Source: Catajapyx aquilonaris
Taxonomy: Eukaryota
Assembly (NCBI GenBank): GCA_000934665.2
Contig: KZ538050.1
Location: 121,617 to 141,616, forward strand
DNA: 20,000 nt
Reading direction: 5' to 3'
A program made the translations under genes and the position numbers. Below, piece by piece: positions 10,358-20,000 of this stretch (within the stretch, counting starts at the first letter, position 1; each line of letters begins with the position of its first letter). The notes below the pieces were generated by a model that was not told where the DNA came from, made no database searches, and worked only from the letters and a program-made list of their open reading frames with translations.

Positions 10358-10407
10358 GGAGGACTGCCCAAGCCTCTAGGGATCTAGACCATCTCGAATT
10401 TTGCTGA

Positions 10408-10655
10408 TGGTTGGTTGGTTGGTTGTGCCAAAGTAACTAAGGCTATCTGGCATTCGTGTGATGGGTTTTTGGTAGTGGGAGGAAACGGGAGAATCCCGAG
10501 AAAACTCACTCAAACACGGCGAGAACCCATCGAAACTCTTCCACATACGTGTCCTCCGTCCGATTCGGGGATCGAACTCGTAACCTTAGAGGTAGGTCGC
10601 CCCCGGATTTTGCTGAGAGAAATCACAGCTCTACCCACGTATGCCATAACACTGC
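10408..10655 (-). mobile_element. tRNA-derived SINE with V-domain-like core and (CAAC)n tail
   Basis: A-box-like TGGCATACGTGG, B box GAGTTCGATCC, core GTTCTCGCCGTGTTTGAGTGAGTTTTCTCGGGATTCTCCCGTTTCCTCCCAC. Core is homologous to the copy at 13836-14092. Confidence 0.85.
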
Positions 10656-10717
10656 ATATGAAGTTATAGCCAAATTGCGAAATACCGCGGGGAGGGAAAA
10701 AGTCGCGAAATTTTGTA

Positions 10718-11952
10718 AATGGGGCATTTTTTGGATAATTTTTTCGGTTAGTGGAAATGGTCAAAACCCAATCAACATAATTATACGGTATACCAAATGA
10801 AAGAGAATCGCCAGGGAAAGGCGCCTATGGAGTTAGGTTTCCTCTGAAATGTACCAGAAAAACCTGTGTGGCATTCGATCGGTCACATGAGGGGGTGAAA
10901 ATAAAAAACCGACAGCTCCAAAAACAAAACAAAAAAAATGAATTAGCGCCGGCAATGCATTCCTCATGCCATGGAGTACATAATACCTGAATATGGTATT
11001 TAAAACCCTACAACAAAGCCGTCAAATTCAGGGGTGAAAAGTGACCTCCGTAACAAAAACCGCCAGCTCCATCCCCACTCGCAGAAAATCACAGATCAAA
11101 AACCGCCAGCTCCCACGAAACTAAAGCTGACATGGGACTTATGGGAGACAGTACATACTGCGAAGCTCGTACGGATAACGACGGTGCGAACGAGATGCGC
11201 ATTTAACAGAACACCTTGCGTAATGTAATGGAACGTTGGTATGTAAGCATGGAATAAATTTAAACATTTACACGCCAGATAAACCTGTGTTTCATAGTTC
11301 ACTCACTCAATTTTGCATCAAAAAGCGCCAACTCCAGCCTGTTGCAAATCAAAAACCGGCCAGTGCAGTGGCGGAATGGACAGTCCACAGCTCCTTGGGT
11401 AATGGCGGATGATTTCATAATAACTTACCAATGGTTGAGTTGCTAGTAAAGGAATCTATAGCCGCTACATTCAGGTCTCTAAGTTGACATACGGCGAAAC
11501 TGTAGGTTTTTCTCGTTTTTCTCCGTTACGTTTATGATGGAGCTGTCGGTTTTTGATTTTCACCCCCTCACATGTCCAAGCATTATTTTGGCTCCATGAG
11601 AATTAATGTTAATTTTGCGAAACATATGTATTATTTTCTCGCGAGCCATGCATGACCCAGGATTGAATCTGAACACATTAAATTTTGTATGGGTTCCAAA
11701 TCGTGTCACCAAATATGGCTGCTCTTACGCAAATACGTCACTAATATTATTGTTGGGGTCTAAATACATGGACATGTGACCGATGGTATGCCACACACGT
11801 TTTTCTCGGTGCATTTTAGAGAAATACAAATACCAATATACGGTACCATAGACGCATTATAATCGCGTTTCTCTTTCATGTGATGTACATGTTGATTGGG
11901 TTTTAACCACTTCCAATAACTGGAAAAAAAAATTATCCAAAAAAGGCCCCAT
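10718..11952. mobile_element. Old non-autonomous DNA element with long degenerate TIRs
   Basis: ATGGGGCATTTTTTGGATAATTTTTT..AAAACCCAATCAACAT..TGAAAGAGAA..TGTGTGGCAT..ATCGGTCACATG..GAGGGGGTGAAAAT..AAAAACCGACAGCTCCA is mirrored at 11537-11952 (with ~195 bp extra in the right arm). Internal AAAAACCGCCAGCTCC repeats. Confidence 0.75.
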
Positions 11953-12346
11953 CACAACTCTTAGGTAATTCCCGGTTTGCATTACTGTACCATTGTCGTA
12001 AATAATTAATATGGACAATCTGCCAGGGTCTATTGCTCTTTGGCGCCAACCCATGTTGAAGTCCCCCAACTGCTACATGCTACTGCTACACCCGACCCAG
12101 GGCTGCGCTAGAAAAGGCCCCAGCGGTGTTGCCACTTTACCCAACTTTACTCCCACACAGAGATGCGGAAAGGGGGAAACTGCAGCCCACACCTCCACGA
12201 AGCCTCAATTGTCAAACAGGCAGACCTCCACCACCAGTGCCCTAGCCTGTTGCATTTTTGTCATGATTTTTGAATATTTTGACATATTTTGAATCCCTCC
12301 CGCCTGGAGGCAACCACTCGGCAACACTGCCTCCGCCAGTTCCAAG

Positions 12347-12807
12347 ATGGCTCCCTCCAGTCTCCCAGCAGGAAGGAGCTCCCTGGCTGCAAGGCTTTCT
12401 AGCTGGGAGGGAGTTGATTCCGCTGCTGTCCAGGCTGCGTGGTCTTCGTCGGCACGTGCAGCTTGCGTGTCTGGACCTACGGAGTGAGGTAGGCCACGCT
12501 GGGAAGGAGGGAGGGAGGTCAATGGGTTTGTCCATCAAGTGTGCGCCATACCGCTTCGTCTTTGGCCCAGCTAATGACCACATCCCACTCTCGGGCTGTG
12601 ACCAGGAGGGGTGCCAATGTCACCTCACTCATGTGGATGAGTTTACTGGGGAACTGCCTGGTAAATCAGCTTGTCTGCACTGAGCTTATTTTCCTTTTCA
12701 TATAGCACCCCTGGATGATCATCCTCGACGTAAACTGCAGGCAATTGGTGAGAAGGATGGGAAGAAGAGGCTACACGGACAAGTACCCACACAGAAAGTG
12801 AAGAAGG
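12347..12807 (+). pseudogene. 5' exons of a further paralogue of the ZF gene, with in-frame TGA and no finger exon found
   Basis: Phase-1-compatible exons 12347-12488, 12571-12660 and 12706-12807. LAARLSSWEGV resembles LTARWDKWEEV, and ANDHIPLSG resembles ADDNLSPSG of the 2545 gene. TGA at 12485-12487. Confidence 0.5.
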
Positions 12808-13087
12808 GTATGGTTGGTACAGTGGAATTTTACAGGTCGAAGTTCTCTAAACATTGTTTTTAAAATGGCAAATTGGCCTGGTAATCTCACTTTGCTTGTA
12901 TGGAAAGGGATAGCGAGTTATGCATCTAGGGGATTATAATAGGAGATATCTTTGGGTGCACCTGGAAAAATATGGCGGAGAGCGAATGATGTAGCGCCGC
13001 CACCGCCAAATTCCCAGCCTGGCGATCACACATGATTAAACTACCGTATCCATACAACTAGGGTGAAACCGAACTAACATTACACTT

Positions 13088-13248
13088 ATCACATTTCAAT
13101 TGCTCCTGCTTCAATAATGCGGCAGGAGATTACATGTATTTTACACATGAAATTTTCCAAAAATGTTTTTAATTGCTGTACTATAATATGAAATTACTAC
13201 AAAAATCACCAATCACATTTCAATGGCTCCTGCTTCAAAAATGAGGCA
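13088..13248. repeat. 37-bp direct repeat pair
   Basis: ATCACATTTCAAT(T/G)GCTCCTGCTTCAA(T/A)AATG(C/A)GGCA at 13088 and 13212. Confidence 0.85.
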
Positions 13249-13835
13249 AACTACCTCAAAACTGTGACAAATGTTATCAACATCACTATAACTATATCAG
13301 CACATGACATATATTCTCAATGCATGTGTGAAAACAGCTCAGGTTAATTATAAAAATAATTAAATAAAAATAAATCATTTCCATAAGCTTATTTGCACAT
13401 GTGAGGTTGAATGTTGCTCATTTACGCTGCTGCTCTAAATGACGTTGCTTCATATCTAGCAACCAAGTGGCATAACTGTGTACTTTCGAGTGTCTTTCCA
13501 AGTGTGATTTCCGACGAAACTTTTTTTGGCAAACATGGCATGTGTAAGGCTTCTCCAAGGTATGTATCATCATATGCTGTTTCAGAGAGAATGACCTGGT
13601 GAACTTCATGTTGCAAATGCAGCAGACAGACGGCCTTTCCGCAGCACGTGCAGCACGTAAATGGTATGTCAGACCATCGGATTGATCCAAACACTTTCTC
13701 TTCACATTATCATCCGTCTTCTCATGTTCTCCCTGAAACATTAAAAGGCATTTTAGTTTTAGTGCTTAGCATGTTATACTAATCATCAAAAGTGATTGTT
13801 ATGCCCACGAATTAAATTATATATTTGAGATATAA

Positions 13836-14092
13836 TAATGGATACCCCGTGATAGGCCCCTTGGGCCTCTTAGGGGATCATCTTTTGAATACCCGACTTT
13901 AATCATTTGCCTGTAATGTGATGGATTTTGATAGTGGGAGGAAACGGGAGAACCCCGAGAAAGCCCACGCGAACACGGAGAGAACCCATCAAAACTCTAT
14001 CCACATAAGTATCCTCCGTCCGACTGGGGATCGAACTCGGGACCTTAGAGGTGGAAGGCTGTGGCGCTAACCACTCGGCCACCGTGTCGCCC
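13836..14092 (-). mobile_element. Full-length tRNA-derived V-SINE-like element
   Basis: Head GGGCGACACGGTGGCCGAGTGGTTAGCGC..GAGTTCGATCCC, V-like core, hairpin tail. Perfect 19-bp TSD TTATATATTTGAGATATAA at 13817-13835 and 14093-14111. Confidence 0.93.
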
Positions 14093-14297
14093 TTATATAT
14101 TTGAGATATAACTTACCTGGTTGCTTCCTTCATTAGTACACTACCGGGCATAACAGCATATCATAGATGTAAAGTTGTAAACAAACGGCTTTGGCGTTAC
14201 CTGTCAACCGGGCGTGTTCTGAGACCATCACAAGGATGTCGCTTATTAGTGTTATTCTTCTTATTGTTGCCAGTGTTTACAGAGAGTGAGTGACAGG

Positions 14298-15030
14298 GTT
14301 GACCCAACGACAGGCACCTGCTTACGCAGTGGTAGGGATACGCTGAAAAAAAAACGGGAAAAGGATGATGTTATACAGTATAACCAAGTCACTTCGGTAA
14401 AATGTTCCTTGCTGGACTCAAAGAAAGGTTTTCGTCCACAGCACACGAAATATATTTCATCCATGAGGAGGGGGTGTCAATTAAGATCAGGGGTGTAGTG
14501 CTAATTGAGAGTGCGTCAACTACTGATGGATTCTTTCAGTTCAAGTGTCTTTTCCGCGTAATTCGACACCACTAAGATTAATGGTGATCATGCTTCATGT
14601 GTCAGACACGTAATTTGGCCCCTATGACGTCATATTTCAGTCCTGGCACGAATATGACATGAATGGCATGTAGCCTATATGGAGCGGCCATTTTGAAATA
14701 TGACGTCAAAGGGACTAAATTACGTGTCTGACATACTAGGCATCGTCACCATTCGTCTTAGCGGTGTCTAATTACGTGGAAAGGGCACTTCAACCGAAAG
14801 AATCCATCAGTAGTTGGCGCACTCTCAATTAGCATCTTAATAATTGACACCCCCTCGCTCCTCAGAGATCTGAGGGATGGAATATATTTCGTGTGCTGTG
14901 GACGAAAACCTTACTTTGAGTCCAGCAGGGAACATTTTCCCAACGTGACTTGCTTCTAACATCATCATCATCCCTGCGTATCCCTGTCACTGTGTACCGT
15001 AAGCAGGCAGAGACCCGTCGCTGGGTCAAC
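14298..15030. mobile_element. ~730-bp palindromic (foldback/MITE) element
   Basis: Arms 14298-14639 and 14695-15030 are reverse complements with scattered substitutions and indels, around a ~55-bp spacer. No clear TSD. Confidence 0.85.
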
Positions 15031-15334
15031 ACTTAACTTGCCCAACAGCCACATCACCAGAGGTGGACTCATCAACGTAACATAATGCGATTTCTTCCTT
15101 CATTACCAAATTCCAGTAATGCTGTCATCTTCCTTCCCTCCTTTATTTTCACCTCCATGGTCCTAAAAAGTTAGGGAAGGACAAGCTGGGAAAGGTGAGG
15201 CAGAGCCAGACTTATTAGGCAGGAGACAACAGCAATGTCAACGAGCCGCTGAACGGCTGAAGTCATGGAAACCTAACACTTCAACTCGGAAGTGCCACCA
15301 TTTCATGGTTGTCATGTTGTGCAAGAGAAGCTCC

Positions 15335-15376
<42 letters not shown>

Positions 15377-15430
15377 TCGTCACGGCTTTAATCCCATTCA
15401 GGGGTGGCCAGTGATGACCAGATACATGCA
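15335..15430 (-). repeat. (TAGA)n microsatellite, probably the tail of a truncated RTE-like retroposon
   Basis: ~10 ATCT units at 15335-15376, adjacent to minus-strand GGCCACCCCTGAATGGGATTAAAGCC, which resembles RTE 3' stem-loops. The microsatellite is certain; the RTE call is inference. Confidence 0.55.
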
Positions 15431-15801
15431 TCTGGCCATCTCATATGACCTATACAATGAACCCTTTGGTGACTGGTCAGGCCACGCCGGGATCATAATG
15501 GATGAGGTGATGATGAAATAGATGACATGATTACACGCACACACAAACATACAATCACTCAATGTAAAAAACAATGGCAATGTGAAAATAATGACATGAA
15601 CAAACACACTCTACACATAGATCCTGAAAGATTTTTTAAAAGTAGACAGTGCGGAAATATGGCCTGATTATTCTTCTTATCGGCCTGACGACAATATTTA
15701 TTTCCAACAATGAAATAGACAGTAACATTTCATTTTTATATTTTTACATGTACAAAATGTCAAGTACTGCCTGACATTTATTGCCAACGTCACTACGCAT
15801 T

Positions 15802-15808
15802 TAATAAC

Positions 15809-15850
<42 letters not shown>

Positions 15851-16196
15851 TGGGGTTAGTGCACCGCCCATTGATGGGCATCTGGCACAATACCTTTATT
15901 TGCTTTTAGGTGTTTGGGCTAATATATTTTTGGTCTTTTTTCCGTAACACCCGGGTTCTGCGAGCGATAGGGGATGACAGGAGGGGATGTGCAAAGTGCA
16001 GTGCAATGCTGTACGAGGTCATTTTGTGAACTCCCCCGGGTGGATTTGTCTATTGGATATTCCACCCAGAAACGAAGCCAGAGACGACCCACACTCTGCA
16101 CGGCATGAAGGGGGTGTCCCCGGGCGGGATTTGATCCCGGGACCTTAACATCCGTGGGCGCACACGTTACCGCGGCGTCACTCCGTCTCCCCCTCT
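15802..16196 (-). mobile_element. tRNA-derived SINE with (ATT)n tail
   Basis: Head GGGGAGACGGAGTGACGCCGCGGTAACGTG..GGGATCAAATCCC, (AAT)n tract at ~15803-15850 on the + strand, 10-bp TSD ACTACGCATT at 15792-15801 and 16197-16206. Confidence 0.85.
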
Positions 16197-16593
16197 ACTA
16201 CGCATTATCAGCCATTATTAATGGATCCCATATTCAATGACATGAGACTTCTGCAAAATTGTGTTCATGTCATTGTTCACATTCAGTAATTCATTGTTAA
16301 TCTAATAAATACAATCAAGTCTCTTCTGACAACAAATGCGTCAAAACTGAAGTTCTTCCCAAACCAAAATAAGATCACTTCATATCGCACGTATCACTCA
16401 CATGTGAACTTTCGGCATCAACTGTACTGAACATGGTTTTTCCTAAGTGTGACTTGCGTCGTGTGCAGCTAAATTGCCTGTTGCTGGCAACCAAATGCTT
16501 ATTCTCACCATGGTGCATTCGGTGGTGCCTCGTTAGATCCGGCTTCCAGTCAAACCGTTTTAGGCAAATCTGGCATGAATACGGCCTCTCACC

Positions 16594-16673
16594 TCTGCCA
16601 CCAAAAGCGAAAACACAGTAAGTCTCATTGCTTGCCTATGGAGTTACTGTGTTTTCGCTTTTGGCGGCAGACA
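16594..16673. mobile_element. 80-bp hairpin insertion (mini-MITE) in a ZF linker
   Basis: TCTGCCACCAAAAGCGAAAACACAGTAA / TTACTGTGTTTTCGCTTTTGGCGGCAGA (27/28). Removal restores H-A-G-E-R-P-Y. Confidence 0.8.
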
Positions 16674-16807
16674 TGCATGCCTCTGCACATGTCTCTTCAG
16701 AGATATAAACTGCCTAAACATTTTGCTGCAAAATTGGCAACTATATGGTTTTACCCCAGTGTGCATCCGTAAGTGTCAGATCAGATGAGTTTTGTTGCAC
16801 CTTCAAA

Positions 16808-17608
16808 GGACAAGGCACAAAATGTATGGGCGAGTGGCCTTCTGTTCGATTTGCCTGAAAATGGGATATGTTGTAGCCCAGACCTTCCTGATCAATGTTA
16901 GATAGGGACATTTCGAGGTAGGACCTACAGGGTGCTATTGACCTCCGAAGTTCCGTTCGATTTGCCTGAAAATTGGATATGTTGCAGCCCAGACCATCCT
17001 GATCAATGTTGGATAGGGATGACATTTCGAGGTAGGACCTACAGGGAGCATGCTAATCGCTATTCATCGAAGAGGCTACTCAATACCATAGAAGACTGCT
17101 GTGAGAGAAACCTTCCTTACATTGACCCAATGAATGTTGAAGTGCAGCTGGAGGAAACTCCAGATGACAACCTTCAAGGAGTAGAATTTGAACCAGATGA
17201 CAACCTTCAAGGAGTAGAATTTGAACCAGATGAATAGGTAATAAAGATTAATAGATAATTTAATGCAATAACCATTGAGTTCCTGGAGACAAGATTATTG
17301 TAGTCTACTACTCCCCCTATTACCTTTGGAGGTCATTAGCAGGCTCCCTGTAGGTCCTACCTTAAGATGTCCCTATACAACATTGATCAGGACGGTCTGG
17401 GCTGCAACATCCCATTTTCAGGCAAATCGAACGGAAAACCAGATCATATCCCATATGACCTTCTGAGGTCAATAGTACACTCCCTGTAGGTCCTACCTCG
17501 AATTGTCCCTATCTAACATTGATCAGGACGGTCTGGGCTACAACATATCCAATTTTCAGGCAAAAATCGAACGGAAGGCCACTCGCCCATAGATTTTGTG
17601 CCTTGTCC
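16808..17608. mobile_element. Non-autonomous Spy-type DNA transposon (no TSD)
   Basis: Long TIRs starting GGACAAGGCACAAAAT, flanked by AAA (16805-16807) and TTT (17609-17611). Each arm has two ~115-135-bp subrepeats. Excision restores CHKKF finger spacing. Confidence 0.85.
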
Positions 17609-18029
17609 TTTCTTATGGCATACAGAGCAACTGAATGATTTTTCTCCAGTATGTATTCGCTTGTGAGATTCCAGTCTGCAAAGACAACCAAACCTGTTAT
17701 GGCAAACCTCACATTTTAATTCATCGCTCCCTATAGGCAGCCTCTTGCATTCTGGTAAACTGCAACAGTTGATCAACTTATTCTGGCACATTTCAGAACT
17801 GAACTTTTCTCCAGAATGCATATGCTTGTGCCTTGACAAAGCAGACGAGTGATGAAACTTTGCATCACAAACCTGACAAGTAAATGGTTTCTCTCCAGTA
17901 TGAATCCGTAGATGTCGTTTTATATAACCAGATGTGGTAAATTCCCTATTGCAAATTTGGCAACTAAATTTTTTCTTCTCTGCAGCATCTCCCATGCAAA
18001 GGTGGCATCCATAGGGTCTCCCTTGCAAG

Positions 18030-19687
18030 CAGGGTTGTGAACCGAACCTAACCCTTGCTCCGTGAACCCGATAACATCGGAGCCACTCCGGAGCAGTAGA
18101 GCCGGGTCCGGAGCGAGCGTCGGAACTTGGTTCGGGTTCGAGCCGGTTCAGGGGGAGAGTGGAGCCAAGGTCGGAGCGGGTCCGGAGTTTGGTTGGGAGC
18201 TTGCCAGCTTGCTCCGGAGCATGGTTCGGGCCAGCTTGCTCCGGAGTTGAACCCGGTTCCTGAGTGGGTTCGGAGCGGTTCAGAGCTTGGTTAGGTACAA
18301 CATACCAACGCAACGGGGGGAAGGGCAGAAAAACCGCTGGATTTGCTGCAGCGTATGCATCGTGTTTTCATGGTGGGAGAATGACATTTCCAAGCCCCCG
18401 TGATACAGGGTGTACCGCAAATGTCACATTTGTATGTCATATGCATTTTTGCATGTCACAATATGTCATATGCATTTTTGTACCATGTGTTACAATGTCA
18501 TACACATTTTTTAGTATGTCACAATAATAATAATAATTCATACCCCGTTATCAGCCGGCAGCTCTTTAGGGGGGAATTTTGTTTTGTCTGGAACTCCTTG
18601 CTTGCATTTTTACTTATTGCTTTTTGGGAGAGGATAGGAAAGGAAGGGAGCGGCTGTGGCCTGTTTATTAGGAAACAACTCCGGAATTCTCCTGGAGAAA
18701 CCGTGGGAAACCACAAAACCACGGTTAGAGTTCGGGATCGGAGTTCGGTCGCACCGGGATTCGAACCCAGGACCTCCCGATTAGCAGTCGGACGCCTTAT
18801 CCACTATGCCAACCTGCTTCGGTATAGTATGTCACAATATGTCATACACATTTTTTAGTATGTCACAACATGTCATACCCATTTTTTGGATGTCACATTT
18901 TCATGTCATACCAAGAGCTAATGGTCATACGCATTTGTTGTATGTCACATTTTCATGTCATACCAAGAGCTAATGGTCATACGCATTTGTTGTATGTGAC
19001 ATTTTCATGTCATACGCATTTGTTGTATGCCACATTTTATGTCATATGCATTTTTGTATGTTACAATATGACAATATGACATATTGTAACATACAAAAAT
19101 GCATATGACATAAAATGTGACATACAAATGCGTATGACATGAAAATGTCACATACAACAAATGCATATGACCATTAGCTCTTGGTATGACATGAAAATGT
19201 GACATCCAAAAAATGGGTATGACATATTGTGACATACTAAAAAATGTGTATGACATATTGTGACATGCAAAAATGCGTATGACAAAAATGTCACATTTGC
19301 GGTACACCCTGTATCACGGGGGCTTGGAAATGTCATTCTCCCACCATGAAAACATGATGCAAACGCTGCAGTAAATCCAGCGGTTTTTCTGCCCTTCCCC
19401 CCGTTGCGTTGGTATGTTGTACCTAACCAAGCTCTGAACCGCTCCGAACCCACTCCGGAACCGGGTTCAACTCCGGAGCAAGCTGGCCCGAACCATGCTC
19501 CGGAGCAAGCTGGCAAGCTCCCAACCAAACTCCGGACCCGCTCCGACCTTGGCTCCACTCTCCACCTGAACCGGCTCGAACCCAAACCAAGTTCCGACGC
19601 TCGCTCCGGACCCGGCTCTACTGCTCCGGAGTGGCTCCGATGTTATCGGGTTCACGGAGCAAGGGTTTGGTTCGGTTCACAACCCTG
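18030..19687. mobile_element. 1658-bp foldback element with CAGGGTTG termini (hAT/P-like), 8-bp TSD
   Basis: TSD CTTGCAAG at 18022-18029 and 19688-19695. Outer ~390-bp arms are nearly identical (about 7 mismatches by eye) with GAACC/CCGGAGC subterminal repeats. Inner AT-rich TATGTCAC/ATGTCATAC tandem repeats are symmetric about ~19076. Confidence 0.92.
18527..18824 (-). mobile_element. tRNA-derived SINE nested in the foldback element
   Basis: TGGCATAGTGG A box, GGTTCGAATCC B box, (ATT)n tail, 15-bp TSD TAGTATGTCACAATA at 18512-18526 and 18825-18839. Absent from the opposite arm. Confidence 0.93.
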
Positions 19688-20000
19688 CTTGCAAGTGTCC
19701 CTTGGTGCATTTTTCCTCCACATTTCCTTCTCCAACCTGGTTCTCTTCTGTCTGACAGATGTACATAGATTATTTATTTAGTTAACCCCTGTTATTCTAA
19801 TATGTCTGACCGCATTGTATGCAGCAACATTTCCTCATCCGCAAGAGGAAGTAAAATCAGTTATGAACTTTGTACAGTACCTAATTAAATAAATACATGT
19901 GTATGTGACATTACCACACATTTGTGAAGCCTCGTTACATCAATATAAAGCAAATTATATAGCCAGATACCTTCGGTTGCTTTGGCTCTTACCATGGGCG

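Larger units (their letters stand above)
13418..15162 (-). pseudogene. Degenerate C2H2 ZF paralogue; last exon 13732-13418 has 2 fingers
   Basis: tttcag|GEHEK...CCICNMKFTRSFSLKQHMMIH-TLEKP-YTCHVCQKKFRRKSHLERHSKVH. Candidate donor CAG|gtaagt at 14117/14116. Upstream acidic exon remnant (MKEEIALCYVDESTSGDVAVG, 15162-15031) is frameshifted and interrupted by the 14298-15030 palindrome. The finger exon is firm; the upstream model is tentative. Confidence 0.6.
16375..19751 (-). pseudogene. C2H2 ZF paralogue last exon (about 7 fingers) split by three TE insertions
   Basis: ctgtcag|TEENQVGEG..GHLQ[foldback]GRPYGC..FSCQIC..FTCQVC..LKCEVC..FSCSVCHKK[Spy][27 protein letters not shown][80-bp hairpin]GERPYSCQICLKRFDWKPDLTRHHRMH...DMK*. 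Also a 5-bp TCTGA duplication and an in-frame TGA. Confidence 0.9.

Noticed and set aside
12040..12110. LGDFN as a LINE APE endonuclease motif
   Set aside because: Isolated short match preceded by a stop, with no other endonuclease or RT motifs.
12485..12487. TGA as selenocysteine
   Set aside because: No SECIS or redox motif evident; a nonsense mutation is more parsimonious.
17513..18313. 266-aa TE-ZF fusion protein
   Set aside because: Starts at a non-ATG codon inside the foldback arm and ends in the Spy arm. It is a chance open frame across a disrupted exon.
18745..18820. tRNA-Ser(GCT) gene
   Set aside because: Lacks the long variable arm and a proper acceptor stem, and is the head of a SINE with tail and 15-bp TSD.
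18420..19300. CRISPR-like repeat array
   Set aside because: Degenerate tandem units without unique spacers, in eukaryotic context with no cas genes.
1..20000. Autonomous transposase, RT or viral genes; species assignment
   Set aside because: No such ORF is visible. Invertebrate/arthropod origin is inferred only from intron size and TE types.

Overview
Compact, intron-containing invertebrate (probably arthropod) nuclear DNA, not prokaryotic. It holds a birth-and-death cluster of C2H2 zinc-finger paralogues. One looks intact (8 exons, 2545-7860 +, ~558 aa, 6 fingers, unrecognised helical N-terminal module). Four are damaged (57-594 +, 12347-12807 +, 13418-15162 -, 16375-19751 -). A divergent two-exon ribosomal protein uS3/RPS3 gene (703-1759 -) sits among them, with a cluster of RFX X-box-like motifs in its only intron. 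A small signal-peptide gene missed by the ORF track lies at 8755-9044 (-). The rest is dense with non-autonomous elements: four tRNA-derived SINEs with shuffled core/tail modules, a hAT MITE nested in another MITE, a TSD-less Spy-type element inserted at AAA|TTT, a young 1.66-kb foldback element, and several palindromic MITEs. Gene models and alignments were read by eye; no searches were run.
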